Shown: in pieces, positions 29,125 through 37,933 of the stretch | How the letters are laid out: each line of letters starts with the position of its first letter | How positions within the stretch are numbered: the stretch's first letter is position 1 | NCBI GenBank assembly: GCA_949288095.1 | Contig: CASEIX010000058.1 | Span: forward strand, 14,722-78,721 | DNA length: 64,000 nucleotides | Direction: 5' to 3' | DNA from: an uncultured Eubacteriales bacterium | GTDB lineage: Bacteria > Bacillota > Clostridia > TANB77 > CAG-508 | The notes under the pieces: generated by a model | Seen by the model: only the letters and a program-made list of their open reading frames with translations | Told to the model about the DNA's origin: nothing | Databases searched by the model: none | Made by a program: the position numbers and the translations under genes

Positions 29125-30078
29125 CTAAATCAAATCTCCACATTTTTTCTTTTTCACCATTTTAAATACTTCTTTATCCTTTTTTGTTACAATCATGTCT
29201 TCTATCTTTCCATTATGACATACCTTTAATGTAATTTTTCCTTTTTCAATCATAGGATGTCTTAAGATTCTGATTCCTGAATTATCATATTTTTCTTTGG
29301 ATATAGCTATATATGAAAATTTTTCGTCTTCATATGGTAAATCTGCATTTTTTAATACTTTATGTACTTTTGTTCTTTCCATTCGGACAATGGAATGACA
29401 CCAATCCTCATCTGGCAATGGACATACAGCTTGAAAGGTACATGGTGCAATAATATGAAGATTATTTTCAATCGCTATCTTTTGCACTTCTTTAATATTT
29501 TTAAATCCTTCTGGTGTTCCTGGTTCTATGATTAATATAATGTGATTTGAACTGTTTATCAGTTTATTTATGACATCTTTTCTGTTTTCTGGTTTGATTT
29601 CATTTAACATATAACTTGTAACTACTAAATCTGCTTTGGTATCTAACTTATCTTCTACAATATCCATATACTCCCATGAAACATCTTTTAGCTTTGGATT
29701 TTGACTCATAAAAGATTTTCCTAATTCTAGCATAACCTGTTCTCTTTCAAAGCATTGCATGTTTTTTGTTTCTAATAACTCGCTTATTGCCCAAGTCGCT
29801 GCGCCTGTTCCTGCTCCTATATCTAATACAGATTGTATATTACAATCTATTCTTTCTAATGTATGTTTTAAAGCTGTATACACTGCTCCATAGGTTGCTG
29901 GCATTCTCATAATAGAATAGGTTAATGCTTCTATCTCTGTATTTAATAATGTATTTCCTGTTCTTTCTTGATACATATATTTTTCACTTAACTTACTAGC
30001 ATATTGTTTTAATTCTGTTAGTTTTATATGATTTAGTTTTTCTTCTATTTCATTTTCTAATAACTCTGGTATTTTCAT
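29125..30078 (-). CDS. class I SAM-dependent methyltransferase (Rsm22-like)
   Basis: Motif I is VLDIGAGTGAATWA. 317 aa. The N-terminal helical region resembles Rsm22-type rRNA methyltransferases. Confidence 0.6.
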   Translation of the reverse strand: MKIPELLENEIEEKLNHIKLTELKQYASKLSEKYMYQERTGNTLLNTEIEALTYSIMRMPATYGAVYTALKHTLERIDCNIQSVLDIGAGTGAATWAISELLETKNMQCFEREQVMLELGKSFMSQNPKLKDVSWEYMDIVEDKLDTKADLVVTSYMLNEIKPENRKDVINKLINSSNHIILIIEPGTPEGFKNIKEVQKIAIENNLHIIAPCTFQAVCPLPDEDWCHSIVRMERTKVHKVLKNADLPYEDEKFSYIAISKEKYDNSGIRILRHPMIEKGKITLKVCHNGKIEDMIVTKKDKEVFKMVKKKKCGDLI

Positions 30079-30319
30079 AATTACTCCTCGTTTTTACAAT
30101 TTTTGCCAAACATTTTATTTTTCGTATTCTTTTAATTTTTCTTCTAATAATTTAAAATTACAACATACTTTGTATATTCATCCTCTCTTTGTTCATTATA
30201 TTGTACTCTTTTATCAAATCGATATAAAAATTTTATATAATTTATATCAATTCTATACAGTTTTAATTTATTCAATAAGTCTCTCCTTTAAAAAATAAAA
30301 TATAGAGTAGAAGCTTTTG

Positions 30320-30474
30320 CCCCTACTCTTTTACATACCCTACTTTATAGCTATTATTAGCACTGGCTAGGGATTTCCTCTTTGAACATACCCTACTTTA
30401 ATACTGTTTGTCAGTATTAGGCTAGGGGTTTCCTCTTCATTTTCCCCTACTTGTTAGGCTAGGGATTTCCTCTT
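30320..30474. repeat. three tandem ~50-bp structured repeat units in the promoter/leader region of the methyltransferase gene
   Basis: The unit consensus is (c)ataccctacttta-[variable small hairpin]-ggctagggatttcctctt. Unit 2 carries a perfect 8-bp inner stem (aatactg..cagtatt). Units have different lengths (49, 55 and 37 bp). Confidence 0.6.
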
Positions 30475-30564
30475 GTAATATTTTGTAATATTACTCTTTC
30501 AGTATATTCATTATACAATATTTTTATACTAAAGTCAATTAATAAAATGTTAATTTTTTACATA

Positions 30565-31059
30565 TTAAAATTCTTTAATAATATCTTTTACAAATTCCCA
30601 TCGATTTTTAATAAATTGACCATTTTGATAAATATCTTCTATTTCTTCATAAGTTGCCCACTTTACCTCAGAAACTTCATCTTCTTTCATAATCACTTTA
30701 GTTAAATCTATATTTTGTTTTAGAAAGTAGGTATCTATCCAAACATTTCCTGTTCTAAAATGTGTCAACATTTTTGCATCTTTTATATTTAAATTCACGC
30801 CCATTTCTTCAAATGCTTCTCTTTCAATCGTTTCTATACTTGTTTCACCTTTTATGACAGAACCTCCTGTCATTGCCCATACATTAGGAGATAATCTTTT
30901 TTGTGGAGAACGTTTTTGAATTAAAATTTTGTTTTCAGAATTTTTTATCCAGACATCTGCTCCTAAATGATAAAATCCTTCTGGTACGTTTTCTTCTCCT
31001 TTTACCATAGTTCTTCCTGTTTTATTTCCTTCACTATCTAATATATCCCATATTTCCAT
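30565..31059 (-). CDS. NUDIX hydrolase
   Basis: The Nudix box is GGSVIKGETSIETIEREAFEEMGV. Confidence 0.8.
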   Translation of the reverse strand: MEIWDILDSEGNKTGRTMVKGEENVPEGFYHLGADVWIKNSENKILIQKRSPQKRLSPNVWAMTGGSVIKGETSIETIEREAFEEMGVNLNIKDAKMLTHFRTGNVWIDTYFLKQNIDLTKVIMKEDEVSEVKWATYEEIEDIYQNGQFIKNRWEFVKDIIKEF

Positions 31060-31081
31060 GTTTTTTCTCCTTTAATTAAAT

Positions 31082-31633
31082 TTATAAATATGGCACAACA
31101 TCTTCAAAAGTATCATATCCGCTTTCACTATTAATATGTCCTGCATTTGGTACTAAGATTTTTTCTGTTGCTACTTTATTTGCAAAATGTAATTCTGCTT
31201 CATATTTGACATAAGGGTCATTATTAGAATAGAAACAAATAATATCTTTTGCATAATTCTTTACACTTTCTATTCCATCTGTATACATACTTTCATTCAC
31301 AGCATCATATTCTTCATCTATTCCTAAATAGTTATTAAATCCACAAACGAAAATACATTTTTTTACTTTTAGTTTATTTTCAATCAAAAATTTAGTTATA
31401 AAAGCTGGTGCAATGCTATGTCCAATGATTGTTGTATTTTCATTGATAAGTCCTAAATCTACATAGTATTTCAATAATTTACTCCAATTTTCATAATTTT
31501 GAAAGCCAACACCTATTGGGAAATCTGGTACATATACTTGTTTTCCTTCTCCTTCAATAAAATCATGTAACCATCCTATCCAATTTGAATATGGACTACT
31601 AAATGATCCATGTATGATAAAATAATTATCCAT
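31082..31633 (-). CDS. alpha/beta serine hydrolase (YdeN/RBBP9-like)
   Basis: 183 aa with a GHSIA nucleophile-elbow-like motif. Size and profile match the Ser_hydrolase family. Confidence 0.5.
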   Translation of the reverse strand: MDNYFIIHGSFSSPYSNWIGWLHDFIEGEGKQVYVPDFPIGVGFQNYENWSKLLKYYVDLGLINENTTIIGHSIAPAFITKFLIENKLKVKKCIFVCGFNNYLGIDEEYDAVNESMYTDGIESVKNYAKDIICFYSNNDPYVKYEAELHFANKVATEKILVPNAGHINSESGYDTFEDVVPYL

Positions 31634-31677
31634 AATATATTCCTCCTTTATAATAATTTTAATCTTATTTATTTTTA

Positions 31678-31992
31678 CTATTTTATTTCATCTTCTATCC
31701 ATTTCAAATATTTATCATTTCCTTCATCTATATCATAAGAAATAATCTCACAAGTTTCATAATCATGTATACCTAAAATCTCTTTTTCCACTTCTTTAAA
31801 TAATTCCTTTTTTGTTTTCATTTGTATCAAGAATTCTGGTTCTTTTACTATTTCATCTTCCCACCAATAACTACTTTCAACTTTGCTCATTTGGCAACAA
31901 CTAACTAATCTCTTTTTTAAAAGTGTATCAATTATCTTATTTGCAATTTCTAATTTATCACAAGTTGTAGTAACTATACAATACTTTGTCAT
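31678..31992 (-). CDS. cutA: divalent-cation tolerance protein CutA
   Basis: 104 aa. Similar to CutA1 (CIVTTT ... SSYWWEDEI). Confidence 0.7.
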   Translation of the reverse strand: MTKYCIVTTTCDKLEIANKIIDTLLKKRLVSCCQMSKVESSYWWEDEIVKEPEFLIQMKTKKELFKEVEKEILGIHDYETCEIISYDIDEGNDKYLKWIEDEIK

Positions 31993-32002
31993 AACTTACT
32001 CC

Positions 32003-32728
32003 TTACCCTTCTAATTCTTTTTTTATCTCTTTTAACATTTCATCAAAATCTTTAAATTGATATTGAGACAATTGATTGATTTTTTCTCTGTTACTATCAG
32101 AATATTGGTCATATATCACAGCAACTTCTATATTGGCATTATTGGCAGCTTCTACGCCTACCAAAGCATCTTCCACAATCAAACATTCTTCTGGTTTAAC
32201 ATGCAATTTGTCCATAATTTTATCATGTACTTCTGGATTAGGTTTGATTGCATTTACATCATTTTTCGCATATATAACTGAAAAGTAATCTTCTAAATTT
32301 GCTTTATTTATGATGTTTTGATTTTCTGTTTTATAGCAGTCAATAGCAGGTTGATTAGTTGTACTAGCAATTGCTAATATATATCCTTTTTCCTTCAAGT
32401 ATTTTATGACCTTCTCGGCATTTGGTTTATAATCTACTTTTTCTTTTAAATGTCTATTTGCAATGTCATATCGTATTTTCTTGATTTCCTCTTTTGAAAT
32501 AGTCGCATGATATTTTTCTTTTAAAAAACCACAATATTCCAAATATGGGTCTTGTTCTTGTTTATATTCTTTTAATTTATCGTCTCTTTGTTTGGCAATA
32601 TCTACTTTATCAATTATTCCATCTCCAATTGTTTTGATAAGTTCTTCATCTATGGCATTCCATATACCGATAGAATCTATTAATGTTCCATCCATATCAA
32701 AAATAACAACTTTCTTATTCTTTAACAT
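32003..32728 (-). CDS. HAD-superfamily hydrolase
   Basis: Motif I is VVIFDMDGTLIDS and the C-terminal motif is VEDALVGVEAANNANI. Confidence 0.8.
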   Translation of the reverse strand: MLKNKKVVIFDMDGTLIDSIGIWNAIDEELIKTIGDGIIDKVDIAKQRDDKLKEYKQEQDPYLEYCGFLKEKYHATISKEEIKKIRYDIANRHLKEKVDYKPNAEKVIKYLKEKGYILAIASTTNQPAIDCYKTENQNIINKANLEDYFSVIYAKNDVNAIKPNPEVHDKIMDKLHVKPEECLIVEDALVGVEAANNANIEVAVIYDQYSDSNREKINQLSQYQFKDFDEMLKEIKKELEG

Positions 32729-32731
32729 CTT

Positions 32732-33406
32732 TTACTCCTTTAATAAAGTATTATTTTTTATATAATCTGCTATTTCTTCAAAAATTTGATCTTGATGTAA
32801 TATTGCTTTTTTATGATTTTCTATATAAAAATCTGATATTGTTTTTGAACCATTTTCTATCAATTTTTGTATTCTTTCATCTTTTAAAAGTTGTTTATTT
32901 TCATCTTTATTTACATCTAGAGAATGTTCTTCGCAATATAACTTACATTGTATATCTGATTCTAACTTATCACACATTTTTGCAAAAATAGATTCTTTTG
33001 TTTTCATATTTTCAAATTCTTCTATCAATTCGATTAGCTCTTCCTTTTTCGTTAAATCTTTTAATACATCCTCTACTGCAACTTTTCCCATTTTTCTTTT
33101 TTCTTCATTTGAAATTTTATCAAATGGGGTAAAATCTTTTATCTCTATTTCTTCTAATTCATGAATGACAAGCATTTTGATGACTTTCATTAAATCTATG
33201 TTAAAATCATATTCTGAATCAATGGCAATTGCTAGCATACATGTTCCATAAATATGTTCTGCTACACTTTCTACTCTTTCTCTTTCAATATGCCATATTT
33301 TCCAACCTCTTCTTATTTTATCTTTTAGTGTTGATGCTAAAACATAAAAATAGATGATATTTTGTATTTTTTCTGTATTCATTTTTCTTCTCCTATGATA
33401 ATTCAA
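32732..33406 (-). CDS. HD-domain hydrolase (YfbR-like 5'-nucleotidase family)
   Basis: VAEHIYGTCMLA (H..H) and HELEEIEIKD motifs are present. Confidence 0.6.
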   Translation of the reverse strand: MNYHRRRKMNTEKIQNIIYFYVLASTLKDKIRRGWKIWHIERERVESVAEHIYGTCMLAIAIDSEYDFNIDLMKVIKMLVIHELEEIEIKDFTPFDKISNEEKRKMGKVAVEDVLKDLTKKEELIELIEEFENMKTKESIFAKMCDKLESDIQCKLYCEEHSLDVNKDENKQLLKDERIQKLIENGSKTISDFYIENHKKAILHQDQIFEEIADYIKNNTLLKE

Positions 33407-34200
33407 TTATTTCTAAATCGTTTGGTACATAGATATTACCTGTATAATATTTTTTTGCTTCTTCTGTGTACAGCTGTTTTCTTTCTGAAATATTGTTATC
33501 CATTGTATGCCATAATACTAAATTTCTAACCTGTAACATTTGCATTTTTTCACATACCTCTTTTATCGTAGAATGATTCTTTTCATGTGGCTTGAATATT
33601 TCTTTTTCTGATTCCCTGCAAAATACTTCATGTAAAACCCAATCTGTTTCTTTAATTTTATCATATATCTTCTCACTACAAGGAACATCTCCTAAAAAGC
33701 TTAACATCTTTTCATTATTTAATTTTAATTGAAAACCAAATTGTACACATTCTATGGAATGTAAGTCTAATATTTTTACTGTATATCCAATAATCTCTTT
33801 TTCTTGTTCATCTTTTAAATCATGAAATATAACATTTGTATGAAATTTTTGTATATGCACTCCATGAGATGTCTTTTCAAAAAATGGTTCAATGATTTCT
33901 CTCACTTCTTTAGCACATATATATATTTAGGTTTCCTTCATACTTTCCTGCTGCCATTTTACCACAAATGACTCTTAAAACCACAAAAATTCCTAGTAAA
34001 TGGTCTATATGTTTATGTGATATAAATATATCGTGAATTTCAAGTATATCTACATTGCTATCTTTTATTCGATTTAATACTTGGCTTCCAGCACCAGTGT
34101 CTACTAACATGTATTTTTTATTGTTTTCTAATAAGAAACAAGTGTTATAACAATTATATACCATTCCTGCTCCTGTTCCTAAAACATGTATTCTTTCCAT
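33393..34200 (-). pseudogene. MBL-fold metallo-hydrolase disrupted by a -1 frameshift inside an (AT)5 dinucleotide run
   Basis: The N-terminal fragment (33910-34200) contains HKHIDH and ends in NIYMC*. The C-terminal fragment (33393-33905) continues the fold in another frame, and the only start available to it is GTG. A 1-nt change in atatatatat (33917-33926) restores one ~266-aa ORF. Confidence 0.6.
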
Positions 34201-34284
34201 ATATTTCTCCTCTCTTTAGGCATATTCTATCACACTTATACCTTTTTATCAATAAAAAACTTGCCACTATGGCAAGTAATCCTT

Positions 34285-34836
34285 TCATTCTTCTATTTTT
34301 TGTTTAAGTTCTTTTATTAATTGATTATAGTTATCATAATTTTTAGTTATATCATCTATATTCTTAATATTTCCACTAGATAAGTTTCTCAGAAAAACTA
34401 CATTAAAGTCCATAAAATCTTCTTCTGCTAAACTCTCAAAATATGTTTTTATATTATCTGCTATCTCTTCATTTTCTTCTTCATCCATTTGTCCTACTGT
34501 AATAATGTATACTGTCTTTCCTTTTAATAATTCATCATGGGTATAATACGGCATTAACCTATCTATTACATTTTTCAAAATTCCAGATATATGATTCATA
34601 TATATTGGTGTTGCTATTACGATTTTGTCAGCTTTCTTCATTTCATGATATATTTCTCTCATATCATCATCAATCACACAATATTTTTCTAAATTGTTTA
34701 TGCAAGAAATACATCCTAAGCAATAATGAATGTTTTTATCAGCTAATGCTATTAATGTATCCCCATCACTTTTTAAATCCTGTAGAAGTTTATAACAATT
34801 TTTCTTTCTATTACTACCACTTATATATAAAGTCAT
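34285..34836 (-). CDS. NADPH-dependent FMN reductase / iron-sulfur flavoprotein-like
   Basis: Flavodoxin-like fold with the Cys motif CLGCISCINNLEKYC (CX2CX2CX7C). Confidence 0.6.
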   Translation of the reverse strand: MTLYISGSNRKKNCYKLLQDLKSDGDTLIALADKNIHYCLGCISCINNLEKYCVIDDDMREIYHEMKKADKIVIATPIYMNHISGILKNVIDRLMPYYTHDELLKGKTVYIITVGQMDEEENEEIADNIKTYFESLAEEDFMDFNVVFLRNLSSGNIKNIDDITKNYDNYNQLIKELKQKIEE

Positions 34837-34846
34837 ATTAACCTCC

Positions 34847-35461
34847 TTATTTATTTTTTAATGCTTGTATTTCATTCATTAATTTTTCTTTGTTATCTTC
34901 ATCTATATATCCTTCTATTTTACCAAGGAATTTTTTATTTTTAAAAAATAATAAACATGGTAATTCTTTTATATTATACTCCTTTAATAATGTATCTGAA
35001 ATAACTTCAATTTTTCTATATCTTGTTTCACTGTCAAAAGCATCTGCTATTTTTTTCATTGGAATACTTTTTAGTAAGCACATAATAGAATCTTCATTGT
35101 ATAATTCAACTATAAATGGTCTTTGTGCTTCTAATAATTTTAATTTTATCTCTTCTTCACTACCAATCATTGCTTTATCAATTGGTGTAGCACCATATCT
35201 ATCAACCAATAAATCATTTATTGTTCTTGGGTCTTCATCATATTCCTTTTTTATCTTTTCATATTCTTCTTTTGTCCTTGCAACTTTTATTGCAGAAACC
35301 ATACATGCTTTCTCACAAATCCCACAACTAATACATTTATCATTATCTATCACTAATGTATTTTTTTCATTATCCCATTGAAACACACCTTGAGGGCAAG
35401 CACTCATTCCACTACAAGCTTTATCATTATCACATATTTTAAAATTAATTAATACTGCCAT
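34847..35461 (-). CDS. 4Fe-4S ferredoxin domain fused to thioredoxin-like domain protein
   Basis: CISCGICEKAC plus an upstream C-X5-C-X4-C cluster are present. The C-terminal half is Trx-fold-like without CXXC. Confidence 0.5.
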   Translation of the reverse strand: MAVLINFKICDNDKACSGMSACPQGVFQWDNEKNTLVIDNDKCISCGICEKACMVSAIKVARTKEEYEKIKKEYDEDPRTINDLLVDRYGATPIDKAMIGSEEEIKLKLLEAQRPFIVELYNEDSIMCLLKSIPMKKIADAFDSETRYRKIEVISDTLLKEYNIKELPCLLFFKNKKFLGKIEGYIDEDNKEKLMNEIQALKNK

Positions 35462-35464
35462 TTA

Positions 35465-35845
35465 TCATCTCTCCTCCTTGTCAATTTGCATTTTACCATA
35501 CCTATTTTTTCCCTTCCTTTGTTTTCCCTTTATAATTGTTTTTTCTTCTCCAAGTTCTTTTAAATATTGTAAATAATATTTTCCTTTATCTTTTCTAATT
35601 TTTACAATAAGTGGTGGTAATTCTTCTTCAGGAACTTCATACCATCTAAACTTTATATGTCCTTCATTTTCTTCTACTATATCTGCATTTTTTCTGAAAA
35701 ATTCTATACTTCTAGCTGAAAATTCTATATTTTGTGGATAATTAATTATTCCTTTTGCTCTTTTTCTAAAATCACTCATCAATGCATCTGCTGGACAATT
35801 TTCATCCCCATATTCCACATTGATTTTTTCACTTTTATTTTTCAT
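35465..35845 (-). CDS. hypothetical protein (basic C-terminus)
   Basis: 126 aa, no family recognised. Overlaps the nifS stop by 11 nt. Confidence 0.4.
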   Translation of the reverse strand: MKNKSEKINVEYGDENCPADALMSDFRKRAKGIINYPQNIEFSARSIEFFRKNADIVEENEGHIKFRWYEVPEEELPPLIVKIRKDKGKYYLQYLKELGEEKTIIKGKQRKGKNRYGKMQIDKEER

Positions 35846-36995
35846 TTTTATTTAACCTCCTTAGCATATTTACTACAGTTATCAAATTTTTTACAAAGAT
35901 ATCCACTTCTTCTTCTGTATTATATTTTCCCAAACTAATTCTAATGGGACTATAATTTTCTAAATCTGCATGACAAGCCTTTAATACATGAGATGGTTCA
36001 GCTATCATAGAATTACATGCAGATCCTGTAGAAACACAAATTCCAAATGATTCTAAGACTAAAAGTAATTCTTCTGATTTTACACCTTTAAAAGCTATAC
36101 TTGATGTATTAGGAAGTCTATTATCTAAGTCTCCATAAATCATGACATCTTCAATGTTTTCTTTCACTTCTTTTTCTAATTTATCTCTTAAATATTTCAA
36201 ATTTTTATTAATTTCATAATTATCCTCTAATATCATTTCAGCTACTTTTCCAATTCCGATGATATATGGAACATTTTCTGTTCCTCCACGTCTATTGTTT
36301 TCTTGATGTCCAAATATTAAAGGAACATATGGTAAACCATCTCTAACATACAATATGCCAATTCCTTTTGGTGTATGAATCTTGTGCCCAGACATTGATA
36401 AAGTATCTACCTTCATTTCTTTTACATCTATTGGTATTTTTCCTATCGCTTGCACTGCATCACAGTGGAATGTTATGTTATTTTTCTTGGCTATTTCTCC
36501 GATTTCTTTAATAGGATAAATATTTCCGATTTCATTATTTGCCATCATAATTGCTATTAATAAAGTATCATCATTTATAGATTTTTTAAGTTCTTCTAAA
36601 TCAATTCTTCCTCTATCATCAACTGATAAATATGTAACTGTATAGCCAATCTCTTCAAGGTATTTCATTGTTTCTAATATAGAAGCATGTTCTACACTTG
36701 TCGTTATGATATGCTTTTTGTTAGGATTGTTTTTTACTGCATTCATAATTGCAGTTACATTACTTTCACTTGCACAACTTGTAAAGATGATTTCTTTTTC
36801 ATTTGCATTTAACAATTTTGCTACATGTTTTCTTGCTAAAGTTATTTTTTCTTTTACATCTTTTCCAAATTCATAAATGCTACTAGGATTTCCATAATCC
36901 TCTTTTAGAAATGGTAACATGGCATTTAGTACTTCTTCATCACATTTGGTTGTAGCATTATTATCAAAATAAATTTGTTTATTCATATAAATCAC
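35835..36995 (-). CDS. cysteine desulfurase (class V aminotransferase, NifS/IscS family)
   Basis: The PLP lysine motif SMSGHKIHTPKG and the active-site Cys STGSACNS are present. 386 aa. A TTGCTA-N17-TAAAAT promoter and an AAGAGGTGA SD lie upstream. Confidence 0.88.
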   Translation of the reverse strand: MIYMNKQIYFDNNATTKCDEEVLNAMLPFLKEDYGNPSSIYEFGKDVKEKITLARKHVAKLLNANEKEIIFTSCASESNVTAIMNAVKNNPNKKHIITTSVEHASILETMKYLEEIGYTVTYLSVDDRGRIDLEELKKSINDDTLLIAIMMANNEIGNIYPIKEIGEIAKKNNITFHCDAVQAIGKIPIDVKEMKVDTLSMSGHKIHTPKGIGILYVRDGLPYVPLIFGHQENNRRGGTENVPYIIGIGKVAEMILEDNYEINKNLKYLRDKLEKEVKENIEDVMIYGDLDNRLPNTSSIAFKGVKSEELLLVLESFGICVSTGSACNSMIAEPSHVLKACHADLENYSPIRISLGKYNTEEEVDIFVKNLITVVNMLRRLNKNEK

Positions 36996-37233
36996 CTCTT
37001 ATTATGAATAAAATTCTCTCTTCTATATAGTTGTTTTGATTTTATCATAAATATTCAAATATAGCAATGTAAAGAATATATCTTGACATTTTTTATTGAC
37101 AATGAAAATTTCATAAGATTTGCATAAAATTCTTGATTTTTGCATAAAAATATATTATCATTTGATTAGTAGTAAATCTATTCAATTAGATGACCGAGAA
37201 GGCTTACTGAAGTAAGCAGTTATGATTTAGAAT

Positions 37234-37272
37234 GTAGCTTATATAAAAAATGTAAGCTACAGTTTTTTATTT
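37234..37272 (+). terminator. plus-strand rho-independent terminator (10-bp stem plus T6), ending a possible ~100-nt plus-strand transcript
   Basis: The sequence is gtagcttata-taaaaaa-tgtaagctac-agttttttatttt. A candidate TTGATT-N17-TATCAT promoter lies at 37133-37161. No plus-strand ORF is present. Confidence 0.4.
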
Positions 37273-37330
37273 TAATATATAAATTTTATAATTCATTATT
37301 TAGTAGCTTTTTATAATTTCTTATACAAAT

Positions 37331-37792
37331 TCAACAAAATTGATTTATTTTTTCTACATAGTCCTCGTCTTTTATTTTAGAAATAGCAAAACATTTTTTC
37401 CCTAAATCTTTTAAAGATGCACCTATATGATATAATTTTCTATTATCAATCAAAATAAATCTATCGTGAAATTTATTTGTTTTTATTATTTTTATAGTTG
37501 GATATTGTTTATTAAATTTATGAATATCTAATTTTATTAGATTACTGTTTTGAGAAGTTACTATAATAACATCTACATTTTTGTTTTTCTTTGATAACAT
37601 TTTTAGAATATTATCATCTATATAATTATCTATGATTAATATTTTATTTTCAGCCGTTTTTATAATATCGATTATTAAACTATATGCATCGTAAATCTGT
37701 CCTTCAAAAAATAACTTTTGGTTAAATTCTTCTATCTTACTTCTTTGTAACTCATCAAAAACTTTTTCAAATTGTTTCTCATGTTTAGTCAA
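37331..37792 (-). CDS. hypothetical protein with degenerate PLD-like (HxK-like) motif
   Basis: 153 aa. FHDRFILIDNRKLYHIGASLKD resembles the HxKx4Dx6GSxN pattern of Nuc-type PLD nucleases, but K is replaced by R and the spacing is off by one. Confidence 0.35.
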   Translation of the reverse strand: MTKHEKQFEKVFDELQRSKIEEFNQKLFFEGQIYDAYSLIIDIIKTAENKILIIDNYIDDNILKMLSKKNKNVDVIIVTSQNSNLIKLDIHKFNKQYPTIKIIKTNKFHDRFILIDNRKLYHIGASLKDLGKKCFAISKIKDEDYVEKINQFC

Positions 37793-37933
37793 TTCTTTGC
37801 CTTGCTCTATTAATTGATATTCTACATTTGTTAGTCTTTCAAAAACATGTCCATTTATGCATTTTTTTATTTTTTACAAAATAAAAAAATAAAAAAGGAA
37901 AATGGAGTTCATCCCCAAAATCCCTTTTTAAAT

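Noticed and set aside
30320-30474. Possible CRISPR array (repeated ggctagggatttcctctt with intervening sequence)
   Set aside because: The repeat is only 18 bp. The spacers are themselves repeated (ataccctacttta). There are only three units, of unequal length, and no cas genes. It is better described as a tandem structured repeat.
33393-34200. Two separate small genes (96 aa and 170 aa)
   Set aside because: Together they form one MBL fold, with HxHxDH in the first piece and the remaining core in the second. They are 5 nt apart, the second lacks an ATG, and the frame switch maps to an (AT)5 tract. This is therefore called a single frameshifted gene.
37797-37933. AT-only palindrome cattttttattttttacaaaataaaaaaataaaaaagg between the PLD-like gene and PBP1A as a regulatory hairpin
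   Set aside because: A pure A/T run has negligible stem stability and is typical of intergenic AT tracts in this genome. It is more likely a UP-element or bent-DNA region of the promoter than a discrete structure.
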